Below are positions 7,818 through 16,843 of a stretch of 42,263 bases of DNA, piece after piece. The stretch covers positions 1-42,263 of IMG/VR virus record IMGVR_UViG_3300024325_000005, one strand, 5' to 3'. The DNA is from a virus (taxonomy: Duplodnaviria > Caudoviricetes). The notes under the pieces were generated by a model that worked only from the letters and a program-made list of their open reading frames with translations, was not told the DNA's origin and ran no database searches. How positions within the stretch are numbered: the stretch's first letter is position 1; each line of letters opens with the position of its first letter. A program made the translations under genes and the position numbers.

Positions 7818-8261
7818 TCAGGCGCGACGTCCGGACATCAGCACCCGCTTCACCTCGGCCCAGCCGGGCAGCACAATCGTAGCCGGGGCGAACGCCACCA
7901 GCTCCACCGTGCCGGCCACCTTGGTGGGCCCTTCGCGCGGCTTCGTCGGCAGTTTCTCCCGGATCTTCTCGAGATGGCTTTCGACCGAGGCGGGCATCGG
8001 CACGTCGCCCTCGGCCTTCAGCGCCTCGCGGGCCGCCTTGGCGATCACCATATGGGCCGCGTCGCCGAGCCCGCGGGCCAGCACGGCGACGATCGCTTTC
8101 CACGGCAACGTGGGCGCGGCCTCGGTGGGCTCAGACTTGGCAACGGTGACGTCGAGGTCGACCAGAGCCGTGCCGGCGAGCTTGTGCTCACCGGGCCGGA
8201 TCTCGGCCGCGGGCAGCCGCCGGCGCAGCACGTCGGCGACGAGGGGGAATGGGTTGTCCAT
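7818..8261 (-). CDS. Hypothetical protein
   Basis: MDNPFPLVAD...; GC3-biased ORF in the operon. Confidence 0.6.
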   Translation of the reverse strand: MDNPFPLVADVLRRRLPAAEIRPGEHKLAGTALVDLDVTVAKSEPTEAAPTLPWKAIVAVLARGLGDAAHMVIAKAAREALKAEGDVPMPASVESHLEKIREKLPTKPREGPTKVAGTVELVAFAPATIVLPGWAEVKRVLMSGRRA

Positions 8262-8364
8262 GATGCGGGGGAGTGTGCGCGATCGCGCAATCCGGAGGCA
8301 ACTGGGCAAACCCCGGTTCACGAGAAAATAGGCTTTTCACTGAAAGGCTGAAAAAGGGAAAAAC

Positions 8365-8610
8365 TCAGGCGGGCTCGTCGATGATGATCATGGTTGCTCG
8401 TGCACGTGCCCGGGGCGGGAGCCGGCCAACCACAAAGTAGCGGTGGTCGTCCGAGGTCCATTGGAAGATGGCCCATCGCTGGAACTGGTACCACTGATCG
8501 GGCACGAACCCAAACCACTCCCGGATGTCGTACTCATCGGCGTCTAAATCGTGGGCGGATTGAATGCAGCCCTCAAGTATCAGGTTCTCTCGCATGGTGG
8601 GGATGCGCAT
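8365..8610 (-). CDS. Hypothetical protein
   Basis: MRIPTMRENLIL...; aromatic-rich; starts 5 nt after the upstream stop. Confidence 0.5.
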   Translation of the reverse strand: MRIPTMRENLILEGCIQSAHDLDADEYDIREWFGFVPDQWYQFQRWAIFQWTSDDHRYFVVGRLPPRARARATMIIIDEPA

Positions 8611-8614
8611 GCCG

Positions 8615-8896
8615 CTAATTCTCCACCGGCTTAAGGGAATCGGGTGCCTCGACCACGACGTCGCAGAAGTCGGGCCAGGCAACCGTCGGCGACGTCTCGC
8701 GCGTGACTCGCGGGATTGTGCTTCGATGCCGCGCGACCGCAACGGGAAGAGAGTCAGCATCGCACTGGGCGCTCACCATCCACAAGTCGCCGGGGGGGAA
8801 CCGGCGCAGCACGCCGCCGGAGAACGCAGTCACCGGCTGCGCGTTGAACGTCGCGATGCAGACTTGAAGCGATCGGAGCTGGGCCCACGTGGTCAT
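8615..8896 (-). CDS. Hypothetical protein
   Basis: MTTWAQLRSL... Confidence 0.5.
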   Translation of the reverse strand: MTTWAQLRSLQVCIATFNAQPVTAFSGGVLRRFPPGDLWMVSAQCDADSLPVAVARHRSTIPRVTRETSPTVAWPDFCDVVVEAPDSLKPVEN

Positions 8897-8940
8897 GCGG
8901 CCGATTCTAACAGCCGCAACGCGGGAATGGAAAGTTGACT

Positions 8941-9165
8941 TTACAAAGGTGCAGCCGGCGTGCAAATAACCGGCTCGTCGGCCGACGGCTCGGCGTCGAA
9001 GCTGAACTCCTCCCAGACGTCGCGGCCGTCGCCGGAGACGCCCACTTTGCGAAACATCCGGGCGCTCGTTCCAACGAAGACGGACACTTTCGAACCAATG
9101 GCCAGATGCCTAAAGGTAGGCACTTGGTCCTGGGGTAACGGCTGCGGGTACTGCGGGCCGGGCAT
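8941..9165 (-). CDS. Hypothetical protein
   Basis: 74-aa ORF directly after the lipoprotein gene. Confidence 0.55.
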   Translation of the reverse strand: MPGPQYPQPLPQDQVPTFRHLAIGSKVSVFVGTSARMFRKVGVSGDGRDVWEEFSFDAEPSADEPVICTPAAPL

Positions 9166-9167
9166 GG

Positions 9168-9905
9168 TCAGCGCTCCAGCTTCTTCAACAGGTCGCGGGC
9201 CTCGCCGGCGGCCTTCGTGTCGGGGTAATCCTTCACGATCTTCCGCAGCCGGTCAAGCGCTTTGTCGGGCTTGCCGGCGCGCACCAGGTCCTGGGCGATC
9301 CCGAGTAACGCGGCCGCGTCCTTCTCGTCGCGGGCCGGCTTCTCGTCGCGCGATTTCTTGTCGGCCGCGGCCTTGTCGGCCTTGGCCTTCGCATCGCGCT
9401 CCGCCTTCTCCGCGTCGGCCTGGGCCTTGGCGAACGCCTCCCGATCGGCGCGGGCCTGGTCCTCCCGTTCCTTCAACAACCCTTGGAACCCGGCCTGCAT
9501 GTACACGTCCGTGCCGTCGAGCGCAACCGCGGCGCACTCCGAGGTGCGCGCGTCGTGCCGGCGGGTGACGATCACAAGCCACCGGTGGCGCATGGGAACG
9601 CCGAATGGGTTCATTGCATCCAGGCCGCCCCGAACCACCCAACAATCGCGCTTCACCCCGGCCGAGTCGGCGAGCGTTTCCTTTTGCGTGGCGACCACGT
9701 CGCTCGCGTGGTAGTCCGCGGTGGAGGGCGACTTCAAAAGTGGATCAATGTGTTCGCGTGCGAAGACCACGCCCGAGGCCTCAGCGTCCGACTCCGTCAT
9801 CGTGACGCCGCCGGCGGGATTGGTCGAGGGGGAACCGCAGGCCAGAAAAACGCCGGCGAGGAAGGTACCGCCGGCCACGCCGAGAAATCGACGCCAGGCG
9901 ATCAT
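9168..9905 (-). CDS. Putative lipoprotein with C-terminal TPR-like helices (possible lysogenic conversion or superinfection exclusion)
   Basis: Signal peptide ending VFLAC-G; charged coiled linker; ALDRLRKIVKDYPDTKAAGEARDLL TPR-like end. Confidence 0.65.
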   Translation of the reverse strand: MIAWRRFLGVAGGTFLAGVFLACGSPSTNPAGGVTMTESDAEASGVVFAREHIDPLLKSPSTADYHASDVVATQKETLADSAGVKRDCWVVRGGLDAMNPFGVPMRHRWLVIVTRRHDARTSECAAVALDGTDVYMQAGFQGLLKEREDQARADREAFAKAQADAEKAERDAKAKADKAAADKKSRDEKPARDEKDAAALLGIAQDLVRAGKPDKALDRLRKIVKDYPDTKAAGEARDLLKKLER

Positions 9906-9935
9906 GGGAAGGCCCTGAAAATGTGGTCGAGGTGA

Positions 9936-10166
9936 TCAGACGGTTTGCAGCTCCCCGGCTCCAGCCTCTTGCGCTTCCTTCTCCAAACGCTCGAAAAACT
10001 TGCAAGCCATCAGCGGGATCGGCCCGCCGGTCTCCCAGTTGACAACGGCCCAGCGGCTGACGCCGACGCGTTCGGCGAACGCAATCTGCGTGTCGCCGAA
10101 CGCCTTTCGAAGCGCTTTCAGTCGTTCCGGGGTCCAGGTCATTTGGCGTTTCCTCTTTGCCGCCAT
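9936..10166 (-). CDS. XRE-family HTH regulator (probable repressor)
   Basis: LKALRKAFGDTQIAFAERVGVSRWAVVNWETG. Confidence 0.88.
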   Translation of the reverse strand: MAAKRKRQMTWTPERLKALRKAFGDTQIAFAERVGVSRWAVVNWETGGPIPLMACKFFERLEKEAQEAGAGELQTV

Positions 10167-10222
10167 TGTACAAGCCTTCATTAGGACGCGGAAAGAAAAT
10201 TGGAAAAATCCTACTTTCCTCC

Positions 10223-10251
10223 TTGACGGAGTATGTTGGACGATTTACAAC
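10223..10251 (+). promoter_or_regulatory. Putative sigma70-like rightward promoter, divergent from the XRE gene
   Basis: TTGACG-17 nt-TACAAC in an AT-rich island; flanked by direct repeats ACTTTCCT at 10213 and 10250. Confidence 0.45.
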
Positions 10252-10552
10252 TTTCCTACCGCGACGTTGTGACGAAGAGAGAACCGGCCATGTATCATCG
10301 AACCACCCCGCCGGACGCTCAGGGCGCGGGCGTGGCCGGCCGCCGCGAGTCGGTCGGCAACCGGCGGGGCCCATTCCACGGCGCGTACGTCGCCCGTGGC
10401 CGGTCGGCGCACAGGGCGCCGGCCGGGTCGGTTGGGGGCGGGCCGCTGTCCCCCGCGACGGCCTTCGGACGACGAGCAGCGTCCGGCCGGTCGAGGGCAG
10501 GCCTGACCCACCTGCCCCGGCCGGGCTCATTCGTGTTGGATTGTTTTGCCAC

Positions 10553-10598
10553 AGAGCGGGCGATCGGATTCGAACCGACGACGTCCAGCTTGGGAAGC
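10553..10598 (-). other. attP core: 3' half of tRNA-Gly(CCC)
   Basis: Minus strand GCTTCCCAAGCTGGACGTCGTCGGTTCGAATCCGATCGCCCGCTCT = anticodon loop CCC, T-arm GGTTCGAATCC and 3' acceptor strand; 5' half absent; 60 bp from the integrase stop. Confidence 0.88.
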
Positions 10599-10658
10599 CT
10601 GTCGCTGGACGCCGCCGGTCGAACACCAGTCTGCAAAGCTAGTAGTCTTGTCCGACTT

Positions 10659-11618
10659 TCAACCCGCCGGGGGCGCCGGCGGCGGTCCTCCCGCGGCGCG
10701 GCTCGCCAGCTCCGAGAGCCGCTGTTGCTGGTCGGCCAGGTGGACGTAATACTCGCTCATCTTCGTCGAAGTGTGCCCCAGCAATTCGGCCAGGTCCTTC
10801 AGCGCCACGCCGTTGACGATCGCCCCGGTTGCGAACGCGTGCCGGCAGCCGTAGAGCTTCGCGTCGGCCGGCAGCCCGAGCTTCTCCCGGAGTTTCCTCA
10901 TCCGCAGACTGATCGCGTTGCGGGTCCACGCCTGCTTGCGCGCGTTGAGGAAGATCCACTCCGGCTCCAGACCCGGGAAGCAGCCCAGCGCGCGGCGGGT
11001 TTCGGCGAGCAGTTCCGTCGCCGCCGGCGGCAGCCCGATCACGCGCGGCTTCGCGTCCTCGCGGTCGCAGGTCTTGTGTTCCCGCAATGTGATCCACGCC
11101 GTGCCGGTGGCCGGGTCGAGGCTCAGGTCCACCCAGCGGGCCGACGCCATTTCGCCAGGCCGGGCCCCGGTCATTCGACAGAAGCGCAGCACCGGCGCGA
11201 ACACGGGGCCGGCGATCGCCAGCAAGCCGCCGAACTCCTCCTCGCTCAGCGGTCGGCCGCGTTTGCCCTTCTTGTAGCGCACGCCCTTGAACGGGTTGCG
11301 GGGCGCCAGCTCCATCTCGTCAGCGGCCCAGTTGAAGGCGCGCTGCACCGTCCGGCACCAACGGCCGCGGGTCCAATCGGATTTGAGTTGCGGATTCCCT
11401 TCGATCCAGATTTTAAGGACGGCCTTCGTGCACTGGCTGACCCGCACGTCTCCGTACGCGACGGCGAAATTGCGGAGGATGCGCTCGCGCTCCTCCCACG
11501 CCCGCTTGGCGCGACGTGTTTCGATCTTCGCTTCCAGCGTCAGATACAGACCGACCACCTCCCGGACCGTTGGGTCCGCGGAGGGCATCGGCCCGGGGAA
11601 CGGCAGGACTTGCTGCAT
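10659..11618 (-). CDS. int: Tyrosine recombinase/integrase
   Basis: TGARPGE, HKT, LYGCRH, LLGH, YYVH catalytic motifs; start uncertain (11618 or 11687). Confidence 0.93.
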   Translation of the reverse strand: MQQVLPFPGPMPSADPTVREVVGLYLTLEAKIETRRAKRAWEERERILRNFAVAYGDVRVSQCTKAVLKIWIEGNPQLKSDWTRGRWCRTVQRAFNWAADEMELAPRNPFKGVRYKKGKRGRPLSEEEFGGLLAIAGPVFAPVLRFCRMTGARPGEMASARWVDLSLDPATGTAWITLREHKTCDREDAKPRVIGLPPAATELLAETRRALGCFPGLEPEWIFLNARKQAWTRNAISLRMRKLREKLGLPADAKLYGCRHAFATGAIVNGVALKDLAELLGHTSTKMSEYYVHLADQQQRLSELASRAAGGPPPAPPAG

Positions 11619-11842
11619 AGGAAGCTCCGTTTTGACTCCCGTGGATGGGTGGGAGTGGGCACGGAGGCCCTTCCTACGCCCCCGCATTCTAGCGCTAACG
11701 CGATAACCGGCAAGCTCCCTGTCACCGTCGCAAGTTGCCGGGTCGCATTTCTAGCCGGCCCGGCCGTACGACCGCTACGCGCGGCAAACCCAAATCGAAA
11801 CCTGAAGTTTTCGTCCGGCCCTGAACTCAAGGAGGCTTCATC

Positions 11843-12115
11843 GTGACGTGGCTGAAACGGTTGTTCTGGTCCCCGCCGGTTGACAAGCCTGGCTTGTCAA
11901 CCGAAGCGGCGGGGCACACCGGCGGGCTCGACGTGGTCTCGGCGATCGGGACCGGCGTGGCGGTCACTACGTGCTACGGCAAGGTCGTGGTCGGCGTCCG
12001 CGTGAAGGGCGGCGACAAGGCCCGCCTGTGCGTGCTGTCAGCCGAGGCGGCCCGGGCCCTGGCGTTCGAGTTGTGGAACGCGGCCCGGACGGCCGGCCGC
12101 GAGACGGTTCACTAA
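11843..12115 (+). CDS. Hypothetical protein, first gene of the early operon
   Basis: AAGGAGG RBS before GTG. Confidence 0.65.
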   Translation: MTWLKRLFWSPPVDKPGLSTEAAGHTGGLDVVSAIGTGVAVTTCYGKVVVGVRVKGGDKARLCVLSAEAARALAFELWNAARTAGRETVH

Positions 12116-12199
12116 GTCCAGTCGCTTTTCTTCCCAACGTCAGCACGGAGGCCGCTGAACGACGTGGGGCCGGACGCCCCGCCCGAAAGGAGTGCGCGC

Positions 12200-12406
12200 A
12201 TGTTGGTGCTCACCCGCGAGTGCGAGCAGGTGGTGGACTTCATCGTCCCGGCGAACCTGCCCGAGGCAACCCTGATCCGCGTGAAGGTGCTCAGCGTCGA
12301 CGGCAACCGGGTGCGCCTCGGCCTGGGGGCGCCCGACGCGGTCGAGATTGACCGCCCCGACGCCAAAAACCGCTTCCGCCGGCTCCGCGGGGGAATCGGC
12401 ACGTGA
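12200..12406 (+). CDS. csrA: CsrA/RsmA-family translational regulator
   Basis: MLVLTR...IRVKVLSVDGNRVRLGLGAPDAVEIDR; AAGGAG RBS. Confidence 0.85.
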   Translation: MLVLTRECEQVVDFIVPANLPEATLIRVKVLSVDGNRVRLGLGAPDAVEIDRPDAKNRFRRLRGGIGT

Positions 12407-12478
12407 CCACGCAATTCACCAACGAATGCCTGGTAGACGCCATCCTGGCCGCGATCGCGGCCGAGCCGGAGCCCCGTC

Positions 12479-12712
12479 ATGGCCACGCGCAGGACAAAGC
12501 AGCTTCACCTGGTGACCGCGCGAATGAAGCGGCGACTCGACCGGATGATCCGCCGCGGTCAGAGTGACCGGCACATCGTCGCGGTGATTTCCATCGCGAT
12601 GCTGCGCGCCGGGCTCACGGTCGACCTGGCCGGCCTGATCATGGGCGGCGTGTTGGCGCACCTGAAGTCCCGCCGCGGAGACCCGTCATGGGCAGACGCA
12701 TTGCGACCCTGA
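12479..12712 (+). CDS. Hypothetical basic protein
   Basis: 77-aa ORF in the operon. Confidence 0.5.
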   Translation: MATRRTKQLHLVTARMKRRLDRMIRRGQSDRHIVAVISIAMLRAGLTVDLAGLIMGGVLAHLKSRRGDPSWADALRP

Positions 12713-12744
12713 GTTCTAGTCCCGACAGACTTCACGAGGCCACT

Positions 12745-12930
12745 ATGAGCCACATCGGAGTATTGCTCGCCGAGCTGGAGCAGGCGGGCGTCGAGCCGGC
12801 CCGGACGTGCCGCGTTTGCGATTGCACGGAGGATGCGCCGTGCCCCGGCGGGTGCAGCTGGGTGGAGGAGGATCTCTGCTCGGCCTGCGCCCGCCGGATC
12901 GTTGTGTTGGTCCCCGCCGAGTTTCAGTAG
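12745..12930 (+). CDS. Cys-rich Zn-binding small protein
   Basis: CRVCDCTEDAPCPGGCSWVEEDLCSAC. Confidence 0.7.
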   Translation: MSHIGVLLAELEQAGVEPARTCRVCDCTEDAPCPGGCSWVEEDLCSACARRIVVLVPAEFQ

Positions 12931-12945
12931 CACGGAGCCCACGGA

Positions 12946-13923
12946 ATGGAAGCGCCCCCCGAACGTCGAAACAGCTTCAAGGATGAGGACGGCTGGAGTC
13001 GACTCCCCAAGCGCGTGGCCCGCGACGACACGCTCAGCGCCGAGACCCGCCTCATGTACGGTCACCTGGATGCCCACCGGAACAAACGGACCGGCCGCTG
13101 CGACCCCTCGACGGGGCGGCTGGCGGCGGTGTCGGGCTGCTCGCGGCGGTGGGTTCTCGAGATGCTGAAGGGCCTCGAAACCGCCGGTCACATTCGGGTC
13201 CTGCGACGCGACGGCCACCGCAACGAATACGTGCTCCTGGCCGACGAGACCGGTGAACCCCACTTCACAGCTCCGAATCCGCACACCTGTGAAGCCCAGT
13301 TCACAGGTACCGGTGAACCCCACTTCACAGGTACCTGTGAACCCCACTTCACAGCTCCATCGAATCCCCCTTATAGGGATGAACAAGAACAGGAGGAACA
13401 AGATGCGCGCGAACAACAACCGATCCCTCCCCCGAATGCGGGCGCATTGCAAAGCCAAGCCGGCCGTCAAGGCTCACTCTTCGACACGGATTTCTATGAA
13501 GCCGTCCGCCGCGGAGCGGCGTTTTATCTCGCCGAAGATCCCGACGCCCCAGAAGCGCGGCTCCTCCCCTGGTTCCCGCCGCTGGTAGCGGAGTTCTTCC
13601 TGGCCCAGTCGTGGCATCGGCCGTCCGATCCGCGCCTGGCGCATTTCTGGGCCCGCCAACTGGCGGCGATCGGCGCGACCTCCGACGAGGTCGCGCGGGC
13701 GTTCGCCTGGTCCCTGGCGAACCCGAACGACCCGTCGGGCCGGAAGGTGTTCGCGCGGAAGGACGTCCTGATCCGGCTGCTCGGCTTCATCGAGAGCAAG
13801 CGCCGGCAGGTGAAGGCCCAGGCCGCGCCGCGCGCACCGGAGCCCGCGGCCGAGCCGGCCGGCGTGTCGTTCGGCGACTTCATGCGCCAGCACGGCCGGC
13901 GCGTCAACGGAGAGGCGTCATGA
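12946..13923 (+). CDS. HTH replication initiator (lambda O-like architecture)
   Basis: N-terminal wHTH (PSTGRLAAVSGCSRRWVLEMLKGLETAGHI) followed by internal DNA repeats. Confidence 0.78.
   Translation: MEAPPERRNSFKDEDGWSRLPKRVARDDTLSAETRLMYGHLDAHRNKRTGRCDPSTGRLAAVSGCSRRWVLEMLKGLETAGHIRVLRRDGHRNEYVLLADETGEPHFTAPNPHTCEAQFTGTGEPHFTGTCEPHFTAPSNPPYRDEQEQEEQDAREQQPIPPPNAGALQSQAGRQGSLFDTDFYEAVRRGAAFYLAEDPDAPEARLLPWFPPLVAEFFLAQSWHRPSDPRLAHFWARQLAAIGATSDEVARAFAWSLANPNDPSGRKVFARKDVLIRLLGFIESKRRQVKAQAAPRAPEPAAEPAGVSFGDFMRQHGRRVNGEAS
13249..13354. repeat. Origin iterons: four GTGAA-N6-TTCAC inverted-repeat units
   Basis: Units at 13252, 13288, 13312 and 13336 (last three at 24-bp period) inside the initiator gene. 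Confidence 0.8.
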
Positions 13924-14108
13924 CCGACCAGGAACGCGCCGCGCTCCAGCCCGGCGATCGCGTGATCGTCCGCCTCGACCACGGCGAGCAACGTCAATTC
14001 GAAGTGAAGTACTCGCCGTGGGTTCTCGGCGACGGCACCGCGGTCGTCGGCCTGGTCGGGATCGCCGGCGGCTACCGGCTGTCGAGAGTTGTGGAGAAAT
14101 GCAAATGA
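13920..14108 (+). CDS. Hypothetical protein
   Basis: ATGA overlap; MTDQERAALQPGDRVIV. Confidence 0.65.
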   Translation: MTDQERAALQPGDRVIVRLDHGEQRQFEVKYSPWVLGDGTAVVGLVGIAGGYRLSRVVEKCK

Positions 14109-14236
14109 AACCCCACCGCAAGGCCGCGCCCGACGCGGGCTGGTGACGACCTTCGGGGTGAGCGGCTGGGCGGTGCTTGTGGGAAGTGTCCGTCCTGCGC
14201 TGGGAGCCGTCACCCCGATTTTACACCGAGGACGAA

Positions 14237-14533
14237 ATGACACGAGACGAACTCAATGAGATCATCGCGCGGCACAACGAACTGTCGCCGGCGGAAGACG
14301 ACGGCGACCCGGCGATCGTACTCACGTGCGTGGAACGCGGCGATCACAACCGGGTGATCCACCCCGACTCACTGGGCCCGGAACGGGCGAAGCGATTCAA
14401 GGAACGGTGCCAGAGTATTGCCGCGGCCAAAACTGACCGCGGCCGATTACTCAAGTTCATCACGGAGGAATTCGACCTGGAATCCTTTTGGTCGCCCGAC
14501 ACCAAATCGGAACCAACGGAGGTGCTGACATGA
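14237..14533 (+). CDS. Hypothetical protein
   Basis: GAGG RBS; MTRDELNEII. Confidence 0.65.
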   Translation: MTRDELNEIIARHNELSPAEDDGDPAIVLTCVERGDHNRVIHPDSLGPERAKRFKERCQSIAAAKTDRGRLLKFITEEFDLESFWSPDTKSEPTEVLT

Positions 14534-16842
14534 CGGTCAAAATCGGCGACAAGCTTTACGGCAAGAAGCACGACGGCACCAACGGCACGTTCCCCGACGC
14601 CGGCGGCCGGCCCAGTCTGAGCAAGGCGCTGGAGAACCGGAAGCCGTCGCCGGCGGATGAGTTCAACCTGGCCGACGTGCCCGACTTCCCGCCGGAAGCG
14701 CTTCACCGGCTGAAGGTGCTACTCAACATTGTGACCGTCGGCGACTTCGACCGGCGCGCCGAGCAATGCGGTTGGACGCGCTACGGCGTGCTGAAGTCCG
14801 GGCCGTTCTTCATGGACAGCGCGATTGCGGACGCTGCGACGAGAGCGCTCGACCGGTTCGTGCCGCGGCCCGACAAGTTGGTTGCGCCGTCGCCCTCAAC
14901 CAAACCGCACCAACTCCTCGGCGACCTGCCGAACATGCCCGCCGGCGCGCTGGTGATCTTGCAAAACAACGGGCTGTTCTCGGTGCAGGACCTGGAGCGG
15001 CTGGCCGACAAGGACCACGACGGCAACACGTTCCGCGCGATCCAGTCCGTCGCCGGCATCGGCCTGCCCCTGGCCCGGAAGGTCCACTCCGCGATCGGGC
15101 CGCGCGGGCCGGTGCCGATCGCCAACGGCAAAGCCCCCGAGCCGGTGCCGGCGCCGGCACCTCGGGCCGAGCCGGCGCCGGTCGACGACATGGGCTTCGA
15201 AGACGAGCACGGCGTGCGGCTGATCCCGCTGGGCCGGATCCAGGCGAGCCCGCTTAACCCGCGCAAGCATTTCGACGAGTCGAAACTCGAAGAACTGGCC
15301 CGGTCGATGCGGGCCCGCGGCGTGCTGTCGCCGATCCTGGTCCGTCCGGTACCGGGGTCCGGGGCGATCCCCGGATACGAGGTGATCGGCGGCGAGCGCC
15401 GCTGGCGGGCCGCGAGACTCGCCGGCCTCAACGTGATACCGGCGATGGTGCGGAACCTCGACGACAAAGCCGCGTTGGAAGTGATGGTCATTGAAAACGA
15501 ACAGCGCGAGGACATGACCGCGCTGGAGAAGGCGGCCGGGTACCGGGCCCTGATGGACAACGGCCGCAGCGCCGAGGACGTGGCGAAGGCGGTGGGGAAG
15601 TCGGAAACCGTCGTCCGCAAACTGGTGAAACTGTTGGCGCTGCCGCCGGTCGCGGTCGAGGCCCTCGACGCCGGCCGGCTCGACGCGGAGACGGCCGCCC
15701 TGGTCGCACGGATCCCCGGCGAGGCGACGCGCGAGAAGATGGCCCTGCACGTGCTCGCCGGCAGCACCTGGTGGGCGGACCGGACGCCGACCGCGAAGCA
15801 GGCCGCCGGCGGCCAGGTCCTGAGTTACCGGCAGACGAAGGACCTGATCGAGCGGCATTGCATGGTGGAGTTGAAGGGCGCGCCGTTCGACCGGGAGCGC
15901 GTCAACCTGACGCCCGCCGGTCCGTGCGCGCTCTGCCCCAAGCGCGTGGGCAACCTTCAATCGCAGGATCCCCAAGGCTACGCCGGGTCGCGGGCCGACG
16001 TATGCACCGATCCCGAATGCTTCCGCGCTAAGGTCGAGGCCCAGCAGCAAGAGGACGCCGCCGCGGCCCGCGCCGCCGGCAACCGTGTGCTGACGCCGAA
16101 GCAGAGCGAAGAGCTGTTCCAGAACTACAACCGGCACGAACTCAGGTACAGCAGCGACTACGTCGACCTGCGCGAGAAGTGTCACGAGGACAAGCAGCAC
16201 CGCACCTACGCGAAACTGATCGGCGAGGCCTGCGCTGCGGACGTCGTGGTCGCGTTCGACCCGAGCGGGAAGTTGCGCCGGCTGTTGCCGAAGTCGAAGG
16301 CCGGGCCCGCGCTGAAGGCCGCCGGCGTCGGGACGGGCAAGGCCTCCAACCGCCTGGCCCACTCGGCCGACGACGCGAAGGAACAGGCCCGCCGCGCGGC
16401 CGAGCGGAGGAAGCAGGAAGCGGGCAACGCCGCGGCGATGAAGGCGCAGGAAGCCGTTGCCACGAAAGCACAGAAGCTATTCGCGGCCCTCGACCGGCTG
16501 CCGTCGTCCGATCGCGAGTGCCTCCGAGCCCTGGCCGCGGCGCTGGTTGACCACTGTTGGCACGACGCCAAGCGCCTTGTCGCTAAACGCCGGGGCGCCG
16601 GGATTGAACATTTGCAGGCGATGGTTGAGGACGCGCGCCCGGTGCCGCCGCTTCCATCATCCGAGCTGTTCGCCCTGGTGGCGGAACTGGCCGCCGCCCG
16701 CGAGGCGAACGGCTGGGGACACCCGCACTACGGCGAGGACGCGGGGAAAGAGTTCTTCGACGGCTGGGGCATCGACAAGGCCGAACTGATGGCCGCGGCC
16801 GCGGCGGAACGCAAGGACAAGGGAAAGAAGGTCAAAGCGTAG
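14530..16842 (+). CDS. parB: Large ParB/Spo0J-family protein with N-terminal HhH-like repeats
   Basis: NPRKHFD, PILVRP, GERRWRA CTPase box, ENEQREDM, HTH SAEDVAKAVGKSETVVRK; Cys pairs CALCPKR and CTDPECF. Confidence 0.88.
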   Translation: MTVKIGDKLYGKKHDGTNGTFPDAGGRPSLSKALENRKPSPADEFNLADVPDFPPEALHRLKVLLNIVTVGDFDRRAEQCGWTRYGVLKSGPFFMDSAIADAATRALDRFVPRPDKLVAPSPSTKPHQLLGDLPNMPAGALVILQNNGLFSVQDLERLADKDHDGNTFRAIQSVAGIGLPLARKVHSAIGPRGPVPIANGKAPEPVPAPAPRAEPAPVDDMGFEDEHGVRLIPLGRIQASPLNPRKHFDESKLEELARSMRARGVLSPILVRPVPGSGAIPGYEVIGGERRWRAARLAGLNVIPAMVRNLDDKAALEVMVIENEQREDMTALEKAAGYRALMDNGRSAEDVAKAVGKSETVVRKLVKLLALPPVAVEALDAGRLDAETAALVARIPGEATREKMALHVLAGSTWWADRTPTAKQAAGGQVLSYRQTKDLIERHCMVELKGAPFDRERVNLTPAGPCALCPKRVGNLQSQDPQGYAGSRADVCTDPECFRAKVEAQQQEDAAAARAAGNRVLTPKQSEELFQNYNRHELRYSSDYVDLREKCHEDKQHRTYAKLIGEACAADVVVAFDPSGKLRRLLPKSKAGPALKAAGVGTGKASNRLAHSADDAKEQARRAAERRKQEAGNAAAMKAQEAVATKAQKLFAALDRLPSSDRECLRALAAALVDHCWHDAKRLVAKRRGAGIEHLQAMVEDARPVPPLPSSELFALVAELAAAREANGWGHPHYGEDAGKEFFDGWGIDKAELMAAAAAERKDKGKKVKA
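15145..15160. repeat. Dispersed 16-bp palindrome, copy 2
   Basis: GTGCCGGCGCCGGCAC in the parB linker. Confidence 0.9.
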
Positions 16843-16843
16843 C

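Noticed and set aside
10553-10630. Complete tRNA-Gly gene
   Set aside because: Only the anticodon loop to 3' acceptor strand is present; no D-arm or 5' acceptor strand, so it is an att core. ORF 10319-10636 is its shadow.
10233-11846. 537-aa plus-strand ORF as a real protein
   Set aside because: Mostly antisense to the integrase, Arg/Gly/Ala-rich with no motifs; typical high-GC shadow frame. Kept only as a side note in the switch finding.
13249-13354. CRISPR mini-array or CRP sites
   Set aside because: Units are nearly contiguous without unique spacers and no cas genes are present; TGTGA-TCACA spacing is 8 rather than 6; iterons fit better
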